A stretch of 64,000 bases of DNA, from the NCBI GenBank assembly GCA_965204745.1, contig OZ242010.1, positions 64,001-128,000 of the forward strand, given 5' to 3'. Shown here piece by piece: positions 39,107 to 49,507 of the stretch. The notes under the pieces are model-generated. The model made no database searches and was not told where the DNA came from. It saw nothing but the letters and a program-made list of their open reading frames with translations. Source of the DNA: Candidatus Latescibacterota bacterium (lineage in GTDB: Bacteria; Latescibacterota; UBA2968). Within the stretch, counting starts at the first letter, position 1. Every line of letters begins with the position of its first letter. The translations under genes and the position numbers were made by a program.

Positions 39107-41575
39107 TCAATTTCCATAACGGAAACGCACCTCGCGCTCCACGCTCTTGCCGCTGACCAGATCGGTCACGATAATCTCGAGTGCGTTGACCCCGGACTTG
39201 ACCTTGTTGAGCACGATTTCCACGTATTCGCGCTCGTCCGCGTCGCGCCCAGAGAGTTCGTTGGTAATCGCCACTTGGGGTTTGCTCGTTCTGAAAATGG
39301 CGCGCAACCCGGTCGCCACTGCGCCGAACACGCCAACCGAGGGCATGGCACTCGAGCGAATGCGGTATTCGGTTTTGTACCGGGTTTGTCCAAATGCGTC
39401 TTTGGTCAGGTTGTAGATTTCAAAGTACGCATAGACATTTTGCGTTTCGGCATAGCTGCGCGTGGGAATGGGGATGATCCACACGTCTTCTTTTTGAAAT
39501 TTCGCCGCGCCTTCATCTGAGATATTGGAGGCCAGTTGGATTTCGCTGACTTGGAGTTCGGGGATTTGATAGTCTCGGACTTCGAGTTCTTGCCGATAGA
39601 GGCCAGTGCGCCCGGAAATGAGGTCTTTCATCTGCACTTGCAATTCGTATTTGCCGGGGGGCACTTGTGTTTTGACGATTTCCGGGACAAATGCGCCCTG
39701 TTCTGCCGCGACTTGCGCGCCGCGATACAAGAACGCATCGGACGTGCGATAGATGGAGGTGTGGCCTTCATTTGCCAGCGCGACCGCCAGTTGGACGTGG
39801 ATAAAACTCGAATCCGCTTCTTGCTCTATTTCGACCTGTTCGGGCGGAATGCCGTAGTAAATCTCGAGATTGGTTTGCCCATCTGCGCCGCGGAAGTGCG
39901 CCAAGTCGTAGTAAAAATTGAGCACGTCGCCGGGCAGGCCGGGGCGATAAAAGTCAGGGGAAGTCGATACGGCTTGTTGATAGATGACCTCGGGCGTGTG
40001 TTCGGTCATGCGGGCGATGTAGGAAATGGCTTCGGCGTCTTCGACCGTGGCTTCGGGCAACGGAGCAAAATCGTAGCGGCCATTGCCCCATTCGTCGGTA
40101 AATGTGATCTCGATGCCGCCGTTGAGTTGAATATAAGTCCAGGTTTCCCACGGCACCGTGTCGATTTCATTGCCAATGGTGATCGGGGAGTACCGGCCGA
40201 ATTGCAAGCGGGTGTTGAGTTGGCCCGTTTGCTCGTCCAAGACGCCCGCGACGCTGCCATCGCGGTCAAATGGATTGCGCTCGAATCCGAGTCTGAAGCT
40301 CTCATCTATACCGCCTTCGGCCTCGGACGGAAGTTCGGCCACAACTTCACCGGCCCCGGCTTCTTCGGCCACTGTAACGTCATTTTCCATATCATCCGGA
40401 CTGCCAGCTTCGAAGAGCGATCCCATTTCGCGGTTGGCGCGAACGGGAAAGACCGGGCCCGTGAACGTAAAAAAAGCCGCTTCCGGGCCGTAGATGTCCA
40501 CGGCCATCCGCGTTCGCACGCGCTCGACTTCGGCGGTTTGGACGAAGTTGCGATCATTGGAGCGCGAGCGGTAATCGGGCTCGCCATAGCGAATATAAAC
40601 CGTGCCGCGCTGATCCCACGGATAGACATTGGACGAGAAATAGGTGCGCGCATACCATGTGCGCCGATAGTGTTCGATAACGCGCTCGTTGATTTTGGTC
40701 AGAATATCGGGGTCGCGCCGCGCCCAGAATTGCTCGCGGTACGCCTGTTGCTCTGCGCCCGGCGCAGTGGCGCGGTACGCTTCGAGTTCTGCGCCCGAGG
40801 CGACGTACGCGATATTGGTGTAGTGCGCACGTTCACTGCCTTCGCTGTTGGCGAGATAACGCTCGAAGTATTCCAAGGCTTTTTGCGCGTCGTCATTGTA
40901 AAAATGACCCTGTGCGACAATGGGCAAGAGTTGAACCACAGCGGAATGCGTGGAGAGATAGGGCGCGATGTGTTCGAGAATTTTGTCAAAATTTTTCGCT
41001 TGCACGCAGGCCAAGCCAAAGTAGTACAATCCCTCGGGATTGTCGGGTTCGAGTTTCACGTATTTTTCGTAGTACTGCATGGCCTTGTCGTGGTCTTCTT
41101 GAAACCGCTCATAGACCTCGCCGAGCAGGCGATAGGCCGGGCCGTAGTCGGGATCGATTTTGGTGGCGCGCTTGGCTTCGGCAATGGCCCTGCGAAAATT
41201 GTAATAGGATTGCAACCCGCGCGTGGGCGATTCGGCATACGTCAGGCCCAGCCCCACGTAGGCTTCAACGAGTTTTTTGTCGAATTTTTTCGCGGCCCGA
41301 AACGCCTCTTCCGCCGCCTTAAATTCCTTCCGGTTGAGATAGAGATACCCCAGTTGCGAATGCACATGGGCGTCTTCGGGAAAAACTTCCAAAACGCGCT
41401 GAAGACTCGTCATGGCCTCGTTGATCTCCCCGGCATCGATCTGGCGTTGGCTTAGGGCAAACATCGTATTGCGAAAAATTTTGTCTTGTTCAGACGGTTC
41501 ACTTTCTTCGGCAAAAGCCGGCAACGCGACGCAACAAGCCAAGGCGACCCTCCAGAACCGCAATGCAATTTTCAT
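39107..41575 (-). CDS. TPR + GWxTD-domain exported protein
   Basis: Signal peptide, TPRs, FWARRDP...NER..EHYRR...WDQRGTVYIRYGEPD. Confidence 0.8.
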   Translation of the reverse strand: MKIALRFWRVALACCVALPAFAEESEPSEQDKIFRNTMFALSQRQIDAGEINEAMTSLQRVLEVFPEDAHVHSQLGYLYLNRKEFKAAEEAFRAAKKFDKKLVEAYVGLGLTYAESPTRGLQSYYNFRRAIAEAKRATKIDPDYGPAYRLLGEVYERFQEDHDKAMQYYEKYVKLEPDNPEGLYYFGLACVQAKNFDKILEHIAPYLSTHSAVVQLLPIVAQGHFYNDDAQKALEYFERYLANSEGSERAHYTNIAYVASGAELEAYRATAPGAEQQAYREQFWARRDPDILTKINERVIEHYRRTWYARTYFSSNVYPWDQRGTVYIRYGEPDYRSRSNDRNFVQTAEVERVRTRMAVDIYGPEAAFFTFTGPVFPVRANREMGSLFEAGSPDDMENDVTVAEEAGAGEVVAELPSEAEGGIDESFRLGFERNPFDRDGSVAGVLDEQTGQLNTRLQFGRYSPITIGNEIDTVPWETWTYIQLNGGIEITFTDEWGNGRYDFAPLPEATVEDAEAISYIARMTEHTPEVIYQQAVSTSPDFYRPGLPGDVLNFYYDLAHFRGADGQTNLEIYYGIPPEQVEIEQEADSSFIHVQLAVALANEGHTSIYRTSDAFLYRGAQVAAEQGAFVPEIVKTQVPPGKYELQVQMKDLISGRTGLYRQELEVRDYQIPELQVSEIQLASNISDEGAAKFQKEDVWIIPIPTRSYAETQNVYAYFEIYNLTKDAFGQTRYKTEYRIRSSAMPSVGVFGAVATGLRAIFRTSKPQVAITNELSGRDADEREYVEIVLNKVKSGVNALEIIVTDLVSGKSVEREVRFRYGN

Positions 41576-41628
41576 GACATTCTCCTCATGGGCAAACAGC
41601 AGGAAAAGACCTCTCGGACATCCATCCA

Positions 41629-41657
41629 ATTATATCGTCTCCCGCCCTCTTTGTCAA
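41629..41657 (-). promoter_or_regulatory. Consensus sigma70 promoter of the GWxTD gene
   Basis: Minus strand TTGACA-N17-TATAAT, about 55 bp upstream of the ATG. Confidence 0.8.
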
Positions 41658-41775
41658 TAAGCTATGATGGTGACGCCCAAATAAAAAGGGAAGTTCCGGT
41701 TTTTGCGGTTCTGGTCTTGACCATAAGAGAGAAAGAGTCTTATGTTGAAGCAGTGGTCAGGTTGCCCCGCACAGC

Positions 41776-41907
41776 CGGTAAGAGGTAAGACGTAAGAGGT
41801 AAGAGGTAAGACGGGAGAGGCAAGAGGTAAGACGGGAGAGGCAAGAGGGGAGAAGGTAGCGTGCTATCCCTCTCAAGTGGTCAGTAGTCAGTAGTCAGTG
41901 GTCAGTC
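41776..41907. repeat. Adjacent GTAAGAG-type and ACTGAC-type heptamer arrays
   Basis: 41776-41855 GTAAGAG/GGGAGAG units; 41876-41907 AGTRGTC units. Confidence 0.85.
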
Positions 41908-41957
41908 CCCGCACGACAGCCCCAAAACCCGACGCACTTCGATGACCAGTTATTATA

Positions 41958-42454
41958 GGTTGTGTTGACATTTACGAGCCATGCAACTGAATTGAGCGGT
42001 TTATCGGGAAAATCAAGCCCTATCGCAGGATATGCTCTCGGTTTGAGAAACTGGAACAGTCGCTCCTTCAGCATTCTCGCTTTTGTTGCATCGTATTCAC
42101 TGCCGTTCCGCAGTTCAAAGAAGGCATCCCAACAATGCCATCGCAAAACACCCTCAGATCAAGCCATCACGCACAGCGCGCAAGGCCGTCTCGCAACCAA
42201 CATCCATGTTGCAACCCCCTTTGCAGGCTGGCGCATATTGTGCTGTTACAAAAGCGCTTTGCGCTGTGCAAGCCTCTCGGCGTTTGAGAGCGGCATTTTT
42301 TGCTTACTTTTTTTTGCTGTTGAAAAAAAGTAAGTCGCCGAAGGCATCGGAGGCAACCCACGAGGCTGTAGGACCAAACGCATTAAATCAGCAAGCAACA
42401 CATTTGCTAATCTGTACGTAACGTCAGGTCAAAAAATAAAATGTCAACACGACC
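41958..42454. mobile_element. IS5-family-derived MITE, copy A
   Basis: TIRs GGTTGTGTTGACATTT / AAATGTCAACACGACC flanked by TA; internal remnant translates to IERFIGKIKPYRRICSRFEKL, like IS5/IS427 transposase C-termini. Confidence 0.8.
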
Positions 42455-42568
42455 TAGTTGCCCTCGTTCCGTTGATTCGGGCGAGCACAGGGGTGATGGG
42501 ATTCTTCTATTCGCCGATGAACTGGCCTGAACAACGGCCAGCCGCCGATTCCATTTTGGAGGTGCTAT

Positions 42569-43888
42569 ATGCCGTGTCGATTGTGTTGGGTTGTCGCGTT
42601 TTGGGGGTTGCTTTTTCAAGGGCTTTTCGCCGATGCACGGGCCGAATGGGACCTGGCTGGGCTGATGGGCACGATCACGGTCGGGCAAGAGCAGTGGCAA
42701 CGCCTTGACGTGCAACCCGGCATCCGTCTGGGCGAACTGGAAGTCGTTTTTGATCTGGAGTTTTTTTTAGATACCGAGGGGCGCGTGCGGAACAGCGGAT
42801 GGGATTTTTCGACCCGGCAAAAGGGCATTGAGAGCGCGTTGCGAAAAATTTATTACGTACGCTATGGCCGTCCCAATGATCGCAGTCGGCGGTTGTACTT
42901 GCAGGCGGGCGCGATAGAAGGGGTCACGTTGGGATCTGGGCTGTTGATGCGAAATTACCGCAACACGCACGGCGCGCCGGGTCTCAAACGCATGGGGTTG
43001 GACGTGCAAATTCGCAATTTGTTGGGCGACAAGATGACCGTGCGAACCCTGATTGGCGATGTGGGCGAGGTGTTGGATTTGGAAGACGCCGGGCCCCTCG
43101 TGGGCGGGCGCGTGGAATTTTACCCGCTACCACGCTTGGATGTGGGCGTCACAGCGGTTGTCGATACGGATCAACTGCGCGGCCTGCCCGATTCGATTCG
43201 CGCAAATCACCCGCGCGATGCGTTTGCCACTGCAAGTGTCGATGTGGCCTATCCCTTTATCGACAAGCAACATATCAGAGCAGAGGTCTATGCGGGCATT
43301 GGGCGCGTTTTGGATGGGGAAACCGGCACGGGCATCAGTTTGCCCGGGATGATGTTCGAAGCGGGGCCCTTGCGCTTGCGGGCCGAATACCAATGGACGC
43401 GCGGGCACTTTCAGCACGGGCATTTTGACGCGCTCTACGATGTCAACCGCGCACTCGTCGATCCGAACACGGGCAATATCACCACGCGCGAATCCACTTT
43501 GCAAGATGCGTCCAGGCGCGGGGTCTTTGGCGAGGTGTTCTTGAACATCTACCGCACCTTGTTGGCGAGCGGGTCGTATCAGTATTTGACCGGGGAGGTC
43601 AGCAACGCGCAAATCGTGGAAGGCCGCGTGGGATTCGCGCCCGAATTTTTGACGCGCCTCCACAAGGTCGCTCGCGCCGAGGGGTATTTTGAAAAGCGCG
43701 TGCGAGGCAGCGATTTGGGCAAATTGTTCAATCCCACGCCGGATACGCGCTTTGGGTATCTCGTGGTTTTAGAACCGGTTGCCAATGTGGGGATGGTGTG
43801 GGATGTCGAATTTACATACCGCCCAGATGGCGCAGGCGGGTATGAGCGTCAGCGGACATTGAATATCCAGATCAAAATGGATCTGTGA
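42569..43888 (+). CDS. Hypothetical exported or outer-membrane protein
   Basis: Signal peptide, amphipathic beta-strand pattern, GGAGG RBS. Confidence 0.65.
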   Translation: MPCRLCWVVAFWGLLFQGLFADARAEWDLAGLMGTITVGQEQWQRLDVQPGIRLGELEVVFDLEFFLDTEGRVRNSGWDFSTRQKGIESALRKIYYVRYGRPNDRSRRLYLQAGAIEGVTLGSGLLMRNYRNTHGAPGLKRMGLDVQIRNLLGDKMTVRTLIGDVGEVLDLEDAGPLVGGRVEFYPLPRLDVGVTAVVDTDQLRGLPDSIRANHPRDAFATASVDVAYPFIDKQHIRAEVYAGIGRVLDGETGTGISLPGMMFEAGPLRLRAEYQWTRGHFQHGHFDALYDVNRALVDPNTGNITTRESTLQDASRRGVFGEVFLNIYRTLLASGSYQYLTGEVSNAQIVEGRVGFAPEFLTRLHKVARAEGYFEKRVRGSDLGKLFNPTPDTRFGYLVVLEPVANVGMVWDVEFTYRPDGAGGYERQRTLNIQIKMDL

Positions 43889-43942
43889 CACGCCCCGAAA
43901 CAGTTGCGGTCAAGGTGGTTGAGGTGGTGTTTTGGTTGCAGG

Positions 43943-44911
43943 TCATGTGATCGTCACCCGCGCGACCCGAGGCCGCCGCAATTTCCAGATCATGCCGTCG
44001 TAAATAAAGTGCATGAATGACGTGCCATAAGTGAACACGAGAAATGCCGTGAGGGAAAGCGATTTGAGTCCGAACAACAAACCGCTGACCACGGCGATAA
44101 AGCCCGCGGTGTACGGAACGATGTGCTCGCCCGCCCGCGTCAGAGCAGGCGATGCAAAGGCGTCTCGTCTCGCTTTGTTGCGAACCGTGAGCGCGACCAA
44201 GGCGATGTATTCTGCGGCGTGGCTAAAGCTGGTGGCGATGAACAGCGCGTCTGTGGAGAGGAGGGGGACGATGCCATACATGAAGGCGACCGAGGCCAAA
44301 AAGAGAAGTTTGGGATGGTTGAATTGCGGGCCGCGCCATTCCCAGACCAACCAAGCGATAGTGACGAGGATGGCCGCGGCGTAGATCGCATGCGACGCCA
44401 TGTGGGGAAGCGGCGTGCCCACGAGCGTGTGCAAGTAGTGCATGACCCGACCTTCGACATCGGCCTGAAACGCAAACATATACCCAAAGCCGGCCATGCC
44501 CCACAAGTAGGATGTCCACGCGTCGAGGCGTTTGTTGCCCCATTGCCCCTTGCCGGAATAAATCCGCAAAATGCCGTATTTTTGACGCACGAAGTGGAAA
44601 TAATTAAACAAGTACCAAAAGGCGAACATTTCGGGTTCGTCGATTCGAAAATAATAACACAGGCCGACGAACCCCAAGCACAGCACCGGGGTAATGACGT
44701 AGATCAGGCGACGCCGTGCAAATTCGATGCGGTCGAGATAGACCAAGGGGAAGGTGAAATACCGGTGGGCCACAAAGGACGTCACCGCAATGAGGCGGAA
44801 GGTTTCGCTGTGGTGGGGAAACAGAGAAGGGGCCGCGAACAACGCCAACCATCCGACGGAGATGCAGGACAAATCCACGGATGGGGAAATGATCCAATGA
44901 GATTTTTTCAT
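43943..44911 (-). CDS. Hypothetical polytopic membrane protein with His motifs
   Basis: AHRYFT, FHFVRQKYG, HAAEY, HFIYDG.IW. Confidence 0.7.
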   Translation of the reverse strand: MKKSHWIISPSVDLSCISVGWLALFAAPSLFPHHSETFRLIAVTSFVAHRYFTFPLVYLDRIEFARRRLIYVITPVLCLGFVGLCYYFRIDEPEMFAFWYLFNYFHFVRQKYGILRIYSGKGQWGNKRLDAWTSYLWGMAGFGYMFAFQADVEGRVMHYLHTLVGTPLPHMASHAIYAAAILVTIAWLVWEWRGPQFNHPKLLFLASVAFMYGIVPLLSTDALFIATSFSHAAEYIALVALTVRNKARRDAFASPALTRAGEHIVPYTAGFIAVVSGLLFGLKSLSLTAFLVFTYGTSFMHFIYDGMIWKLRRPRVARVTIT

Positions 44912-44917
44912 CGCACA

Positions 44918-45892
44918 CTACGCGCGGGTCGCGCCGAGGGTTTGGAGAACGCGCTTGGGAATTTTGCACACAAACGTATAGGCCGGGTCAAACATATTGC
45001 CCATGTCGTATTCCACGGCTTCGCCGAGCAACACATGCACAGTGCGCTCGTCTAGCCCAAAGTCCGTGGTGAGCCAACGGATCATTTCCGTGGTGGCGTG
45101 TTCCACGCACTGATCCAGGGGCCGGGCATTGCCCACGGTGAGGATGTGCGTGTCGTTTTCGCCCCGAGGCCAAGCAATGGTTTTGCCCTTGTGGAGGTGG
45201 ATGGTGAACGTGACGTCAAACGAGATTTCAATGCCCGTGCCCACGATTTCCCCATCGCCTTGCAAGGCGTGCCCATCGCCAATGTGAAAAAGCGCGCCTT
45301 GGGCAAATACCGGCAAATAGACGGTGGTGCCCTGGTTGAAGCGTTTGTAGTCCATGTTGCCGCCGTGCGTGGATGAGGTCGCAGTCGAGATGGCCTGACC
45401 CCGCGGGGGCGCGACCCCAAAGCAACCGGGGTGCGGATTGAGGGGCAAAACCAAGTCTTTTAATGGGCTGCTGGCGGGCGTGCCCTGACCGAGCGAGGTA
45501 TGGTCGCGGTCGCCCGAGACTTCCGCGGGATGTGCGGTGCGGTTTTCAAAGTCGATAGCCCATATCACGCGAGCGATGTCGTCGTCAAATTTGGGCACAT
45601 AGCCCGGGTCGAGCACATTGGGCGCGATGCGCGCCGAGGTGTACCCGTGAGGCCGATTGGGCATCAAATAATCGAATGTCACCGCGATGCTATCCCCGGG
45701 TTGCGCGCCTTCCACGTAAAAAGGGCCGGTCTGCGGATTGCCGCCCTCGGTCACTTGCGCGCCGGTCTCGTCCTTCCCCCCCGCACAAACCGTCGTGGTC
45801 GAAACCGAATCCCCACTCGCTATCGCAAGAACCGGCTCGTGCCACCCAATCGTCGTGTGATAATGCGTGGGGATAAATTCATGATGTGCCAT
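44918..45892 (-). CDS. Acetamidase/formamidase family protein
   Basis: NPQTGPFYVEGAQPGD, HGGNMD, GDGHALQGDGE. Confidence 0.9.
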   Translation of the reverse strand: MAHHEFIPTHYHTTIGWHEPVLAIASGDSVSTTTVCAGGKDETGAQVTEGGNPQTGPFYVEGAQPGDSIAVTFDYLMPNRPHGYTSARIAPNVLDPGYVPKFDDDIARVIWAIDFENRTAHPAEVSGDRDHTSLGQGTPASSPLKDLVLPLNPHPGCFGVAPPRGQAISTATSSTHGGNMDYKRFNQGTTVYLPVFAQGALFHIGDGHALQGDGEIVGTGIEISFDVTFTIHLHKGKTIAWPRGENDTHILTVGNARPLDQCVEHATTEMIRWLTTDFGLDERTVHVLLGEAVEYDMGNMFDPAYTFVCKIPKRVLQTLGATRA

Positions 45893-45940
45893 ATCTTCTC
45901 CAAAAAATAACGGACTGGCCCCAAGGGAGTGTCGCAGTCG

Positions 45941-46219
45941 CTACGACTGAATCAACTTATCGTATTCGGCGTGTGTTCCAATCCAAAACCAGATCAAACC
46001 CTCCGCAACTTCAACTGCCAGAGTTCGATATTTAATGCCAACTCTCGCCGACCAATACCGATTGACCGTTCCCTGCTTTACGAGGACGTGTTTCAAGTGC
46101 AGAGAAGGGTGTCTCGAATCCCGTTTCAGCAGTTTGAAATTTTCGTCTGCGAGTTCTTGAATCTCACGCGGAAGTTTTTGATAACAATCCTAAAAAGAAG
46201 GGTTCGCAAAATATTTCAT
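45941..46219 (-). pseudogene. RelE/ParE-like toxin with a nonsense codon at codon 10
   Basis: Manual translation MKYFANPSF*DCYQKLPREIQELADENFKLLKRDSRHPSLHLK...YWSARVG..YR.LA....LIWFWIGTHAEYDKL; TAG at 46190-46192. Confidence 0.8.
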
Positions 46220-46416
46220 AATTCCTTGCACTTCCCCGCGTGAAAATCGGCGATAGCTTGGTTCGCCAGGTGATCCAGTTTCCCAGATTCGACATCTTCC
46301 TCAAACCGATCATCCCATACTTCTGCATCAAACTCCTCAAACCACGCCCTGAAACGCGCCAATTCATCCGCTGAGAGTTGGGCAACATCTGCTTGAAGTT
46401 CCCGAACCGCTTGCAT
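46216..46416 (-). CDS. Putative antitoxin
   Basis: 66-aa acidic ORF (FRAWF...WDDRFEEDVESGKLD) overlapping the toxin start; AGGAG RBS. Confidence 0.75.
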   Translation of the reverse strand: MQAVRELQADVAQLSADELARFRAWFEEFDAEVWDDRFEEDVESGKLDHLANQAIADFHAGKCKEL

Positions 46417-46457
46417 GGTTGTCTTTCTCCTTGTTGTGATCTGGTTGCTTTGTTCCC

Positions 46458-47369
46458 TCACGCGATCATCCGAATTTTGGCCGGGGCGTGCCACGCGCTT
46501 TCCCAGGAGTTTCCGCGGTCATGGCTGGTGTAAAGGGCTTTATCGACAGCGGCCCAGGCGCGACCGCATGGCGAGAACCCGAGGTGGAAGGTGTCGATGT
46601 TGTGCGAGACCGCGTCGGGAAAGCCCGCGGTGACGTGTTCCCAAGTCCTGCCCGCGTCGTCCGAGCGGTAGAGTTGACCGGCCACGTCTCCGTGTGGCCC
46701 CTTGCTGACCGTCGCCAGCAGGCAGTCTGGATCATCGGGATGCACGGCGATGGCCCGACCGTAAAGATAGGGAAAGCCCTCGGCGCGGTGCGACCATGAC
46801 CTGCCGCGGTCGTCGCTGACATAGACCGCCCGCGCTGTGTTGGCATAGACGCGGTCAGGGGCCTGGGGCGACGTGGCGACTTGGTGGACATCGTCGTGCA
46901 AATCCGGCGTCACGGGTTCCCAGGTTTCCCCCTTGTCTGGCGAGCGCATGATGCTGCCGACGTGAATATCCGCATACACCCAGCCATCGGTTGTTTTGGC
47001 AAAGCTGCGAACATCCGGCGGGCCGCCCCAAGGCGTGTACCACTTGTCGCGCACCGCGAGGCGGTCGAAGGAATCTACGCGCTCGGTCTTGCCATCTTTA
47101 CACGCGTAAACCCGGGAATCGCCCGTGCCGATGAGCAAGTGCAACGGGTCTTCTTCGAGAACGATCAGGCATTCGATATCCCGTTCAATACCCGTGGCAA
47201 CGGTTTGGGCACGCGCTTGCGTGCGAATGTACAAGTCGCCATTTTTCAGGGCGATAACACGCAGGTCCCCGCCCTTCGCAATGGCGGCGACATCGCCTTC
47301 AAAAATTTGCGCGGGCGCGAAATGCCCTTCGGAAAGAGCATGCGCGGTTCGTGATGTGGCAATCAACAT
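46458..47369 (-). CDS. BNR/Asp-box repeat beta-propeller protein
   Basis: SPDKGETW, SDDRGRSW, SDDAGRTW, SHDRGNSW. Confidence 0.8.
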   Translation of the reverse strand: MLIATSRTAHALSEGHFAPAQIFEGDVAAIAKGGDLRVIALKNGDLYIRTQARAQTVATGIERDIECLIVLEEDPLHLLIGTGDSRVYACKDGKTERVDSFDRLAVRDKWYTPWGGPPDVRSFAKTTDGWVYADIHVGSIMRSPDKGETWEPVTPDLHDDVHQVATSPQAPDRVYANTARAVYVSDDRGRSWSHRAEGFPYLYGRAIAVHPDDPDCLLATVSKGPHGDVAGQLYRSDDAGRTWEHVTAGFPDAVSHNIDTFHLGFSPCGRAWAAVDKALYTSHDRGNSWESAWHAPAKIRMIA

Positions 47370-47664
47370 AGCGGCCTCCGCGTTGTGGAGATAGATGCAA
47401 AATGATAGACAACCGTGCCAAAATTCACCAGTCCTTATTGCCTCATAATTTTTAGACAACAAAAATATTCTCTGTCGAGAAATTCTCATTATATTTTATA
47501 GGTCAAGCGTTTTTGCAGACCGAATATGTCGGGTGGCCTACCCAATACAAAAGCCAACTCGGTTGATGGGTAACTCCCTGATACCTGGCGAATAAGTAGG
47601 AACATTCTCGCATCTCTCTGCGAAACGTTTGACACCGCCCGACACCCTTAAAAGGGTGATCATA

Positions 47665-48255
47665 ATGTCCAGTTCGCATTTAAGGCTAAGGGAAAACTGG
47701 CAAAGACTCAGTGGACATCGCGCCCTCATAGCTGAACGAGATTTTGCCGGCTTGTTTCGTGAACTTCTGGTAGATACAGATTACATCATTATCTCTAACC
47801 CTAACGACTTTGCCAATATCTATTACGCCTATCCATTGTTAGACAGAGACAAAGAACAGATATACCGTCCTGAAAGAAAGTACCGACACGGATTTGTCCC
47901 TGATTTCTCCATTGCGAACACAATAACAGGTAAGTGCATTTATGTCGAATTGAAAAGACAAGATGGATGGGTTGAAGGCAAACCGAGAAGTGCAGGGAGA
48001 GGCAATGCACATGAAAGATTATGTAAATACTTCACCCCGGGGTTAATGAAAATTTTACGGCAAAAAAGTGGCATACAAAGCATACTTCCATTTTGGGTCG
48101 TGTTCAGAGGAGACATAACGAGAGACCCTTGTCGAGTCAGAGAAATAACTTGCTGGTTCGATGAATACACCAATAACTTCTTTTTTTGGCGCGACCATGA
48201 TCCCAACTTATTAGGGCTACATTTCATCGAGCATATTGCTCCTCATCTCGATTAA
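47665..48255 (+). CDS. MunI-like type II restriction endonuclease
   Basis: PDFSI...ELKRQDGWVEGK..SAGRGNAHER.CK.FTPG...PFWVVF.GDITRDP.RVREIT matches R.MunI as recalled; AT-rich. Confidence 0.88.
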   Translation: MSSSHLRLRENWQRLSGHRALIAERDFAGLFRELLVDTDYIIISNPNDFANIYYAYPLLDRDKEQIYRPERKYRHGFVPDFSIANTITGKCIYVELKRQDGWVEGKPRSAGRGNAHERLCKYFTPGLMKILRQKSGIQSILPFWVVFRGDITRDPCRVREITCWFDEYTNNFFFWRDHDPNLLGLHFIEHIAPHLD

Positions 48256-49033
48256 CCACATCGAGCCCACGAGAATCAAGCCCTTCCTTTTTATTTTTGA
48301 ACAACTCTAATTGTCCCTCATCTCGATTGACAACATCGAGCCCCCAAGAATCAAACCCTTCTTTTTTTGTTCTCGCAAACAGCTCTATACGAGATTGATA
48401 GGGAAACATACGTATGATACTTTGTGCAACTTCAACGGGCTTTTCACTGTGATCCTTTCGAGGAATTTCGATCAACTGTTTGACATTTCTCGCACCTCTT
48501 GGCGTAGGTATTCGACCTCGCTTGAACAAAAGGCATAACTCACAATAAGACAGTGTATAGTGTCCAGGATTATGATTCATTTTGTTCCACACAAAAGCGA
48601 CGGTTTTGTATTCAAATCCCCAAGCGATACCCAGTTCAATCGCTTGTGCCAAATGTGGATTCGTAGTCCATAAAAACAACAACGAGTCGTCTTTTGCAAT
48701 TTGTTGTACGGGTAACTTCTTTAACTCATCCGTGGGAACAGTGGGATACTTGAATGACGCAGAACTGATAAAAATTCTTTTTGTCCAATTGTGATTTTTC
48801 TCTGCTGTTCCACTCTTGTCAAATTGTAACTTTCCATTGTAGTACCAAGGCGGGTCAGCGTAGAGAATATCGTATCGCCTATTCGGCAACGGTGGAAACA
48901 GACTGTCCATCCAGTTAATTTGTGTTCTAACTTTCACTTCCTCGTTGTAAACCGAATAGCTCGTTGTAGCGTCAGATACAGACGTACCTGTTGCACAGTC
49001 TCTCAGGTGTTCACGGCCGATTTCAACACTCAT
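48224..49033 (-). CDS. MT-A70-family adenine methyltransferase (M.MunI-like)
   Basis: ILYADPPW, LFLWTT, WGFEYKT, HSEKP, IELFAR; start uncertain (49033 has a GGAG RBS, 48910 is an alternative). Confidence 0.85.
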   Translation of the reverse strand: MSVEIGREHLRDCATGTSVSDATTSYSVYNEEVKVRTQINWMDSLFPPLPNRRYDILYADPPWYYNGKLQFDKSGTAEKNHNWTKRIFISSASFKYPTVPTDELKKLPVQQIAKDDSLLFLWTTNPHLAQAIELGIAWGFEYKTVAFVWNKMNHNPGHYTLSYCELCLLFKRGRIPTPRGARNVKQLIEIPRKDHSEKPVEVAQSIIRMFPYQSRIELFARTKKEGFDSWGLDVVNRDEGQLELFKNKKEGLDSRGLDVVNRDEEQYAR

Positions 49034-49269
49034 TTCCGCGCTCCCTTCTATACTCCCATTCACCATCCTTTTGGGCTGTTTTGCTAAGAATTGCCCATCG
49101 ACATTTTTAGGTCTATCGGGGATTTGCTCAGGCCATCTATTTATACCATTTATAGTGCCAGAATGCGTTTTGTCAAGCATTTTTTGGCACCCAAGCAGAG
49201 TTGATCGTGCGTTTGCAAGAAGCGAGAATTTTGTATCGCACGGTTTAGCTAATAAAAAAACGATATAAT

Positions 49270-49483
49270 ATGACAGGCAGACAATTCATAACCCGCGTGC
49301 GTGCAATAGGCAAAAGGCGCGGTATCGCTGTTCGCGTGGATGAGAAGCACGGAAAAGGTAGCATGCATGCTATATTACGGCACGCGGGCAACCACAGTAA
49401 AAGATCGCCGCAAGGAACTCGGCCCCGGTCTTTTGTCTGCGATGATTCGCCAATTGGGTCTTAGCCGCAACGATTTTCAGTAA
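49270..49483 (+). pseudogene. HicA-like toxin, frameshifted at the GKGSH motif (~49360-49372)
   Basis: Frame 1 ends ...KHGKGS; another frame continues YYGTRATTVKDRRKELGPGLLSAMIRQLGL. Confidence 0.75.
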
Positions 49484-49507
49484 GTCCACAAACACGAGGT
49501 GATCGTT

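Noticed and set aside
39536-41455. Long opposite-strand ORFs (also 3282-4514, 35957-37489, 53783-55129, 60434-62221)
   Set aside because: They overlap well-supported genes on the other strand, as expected in GC-rich DNA, and carry no motifs
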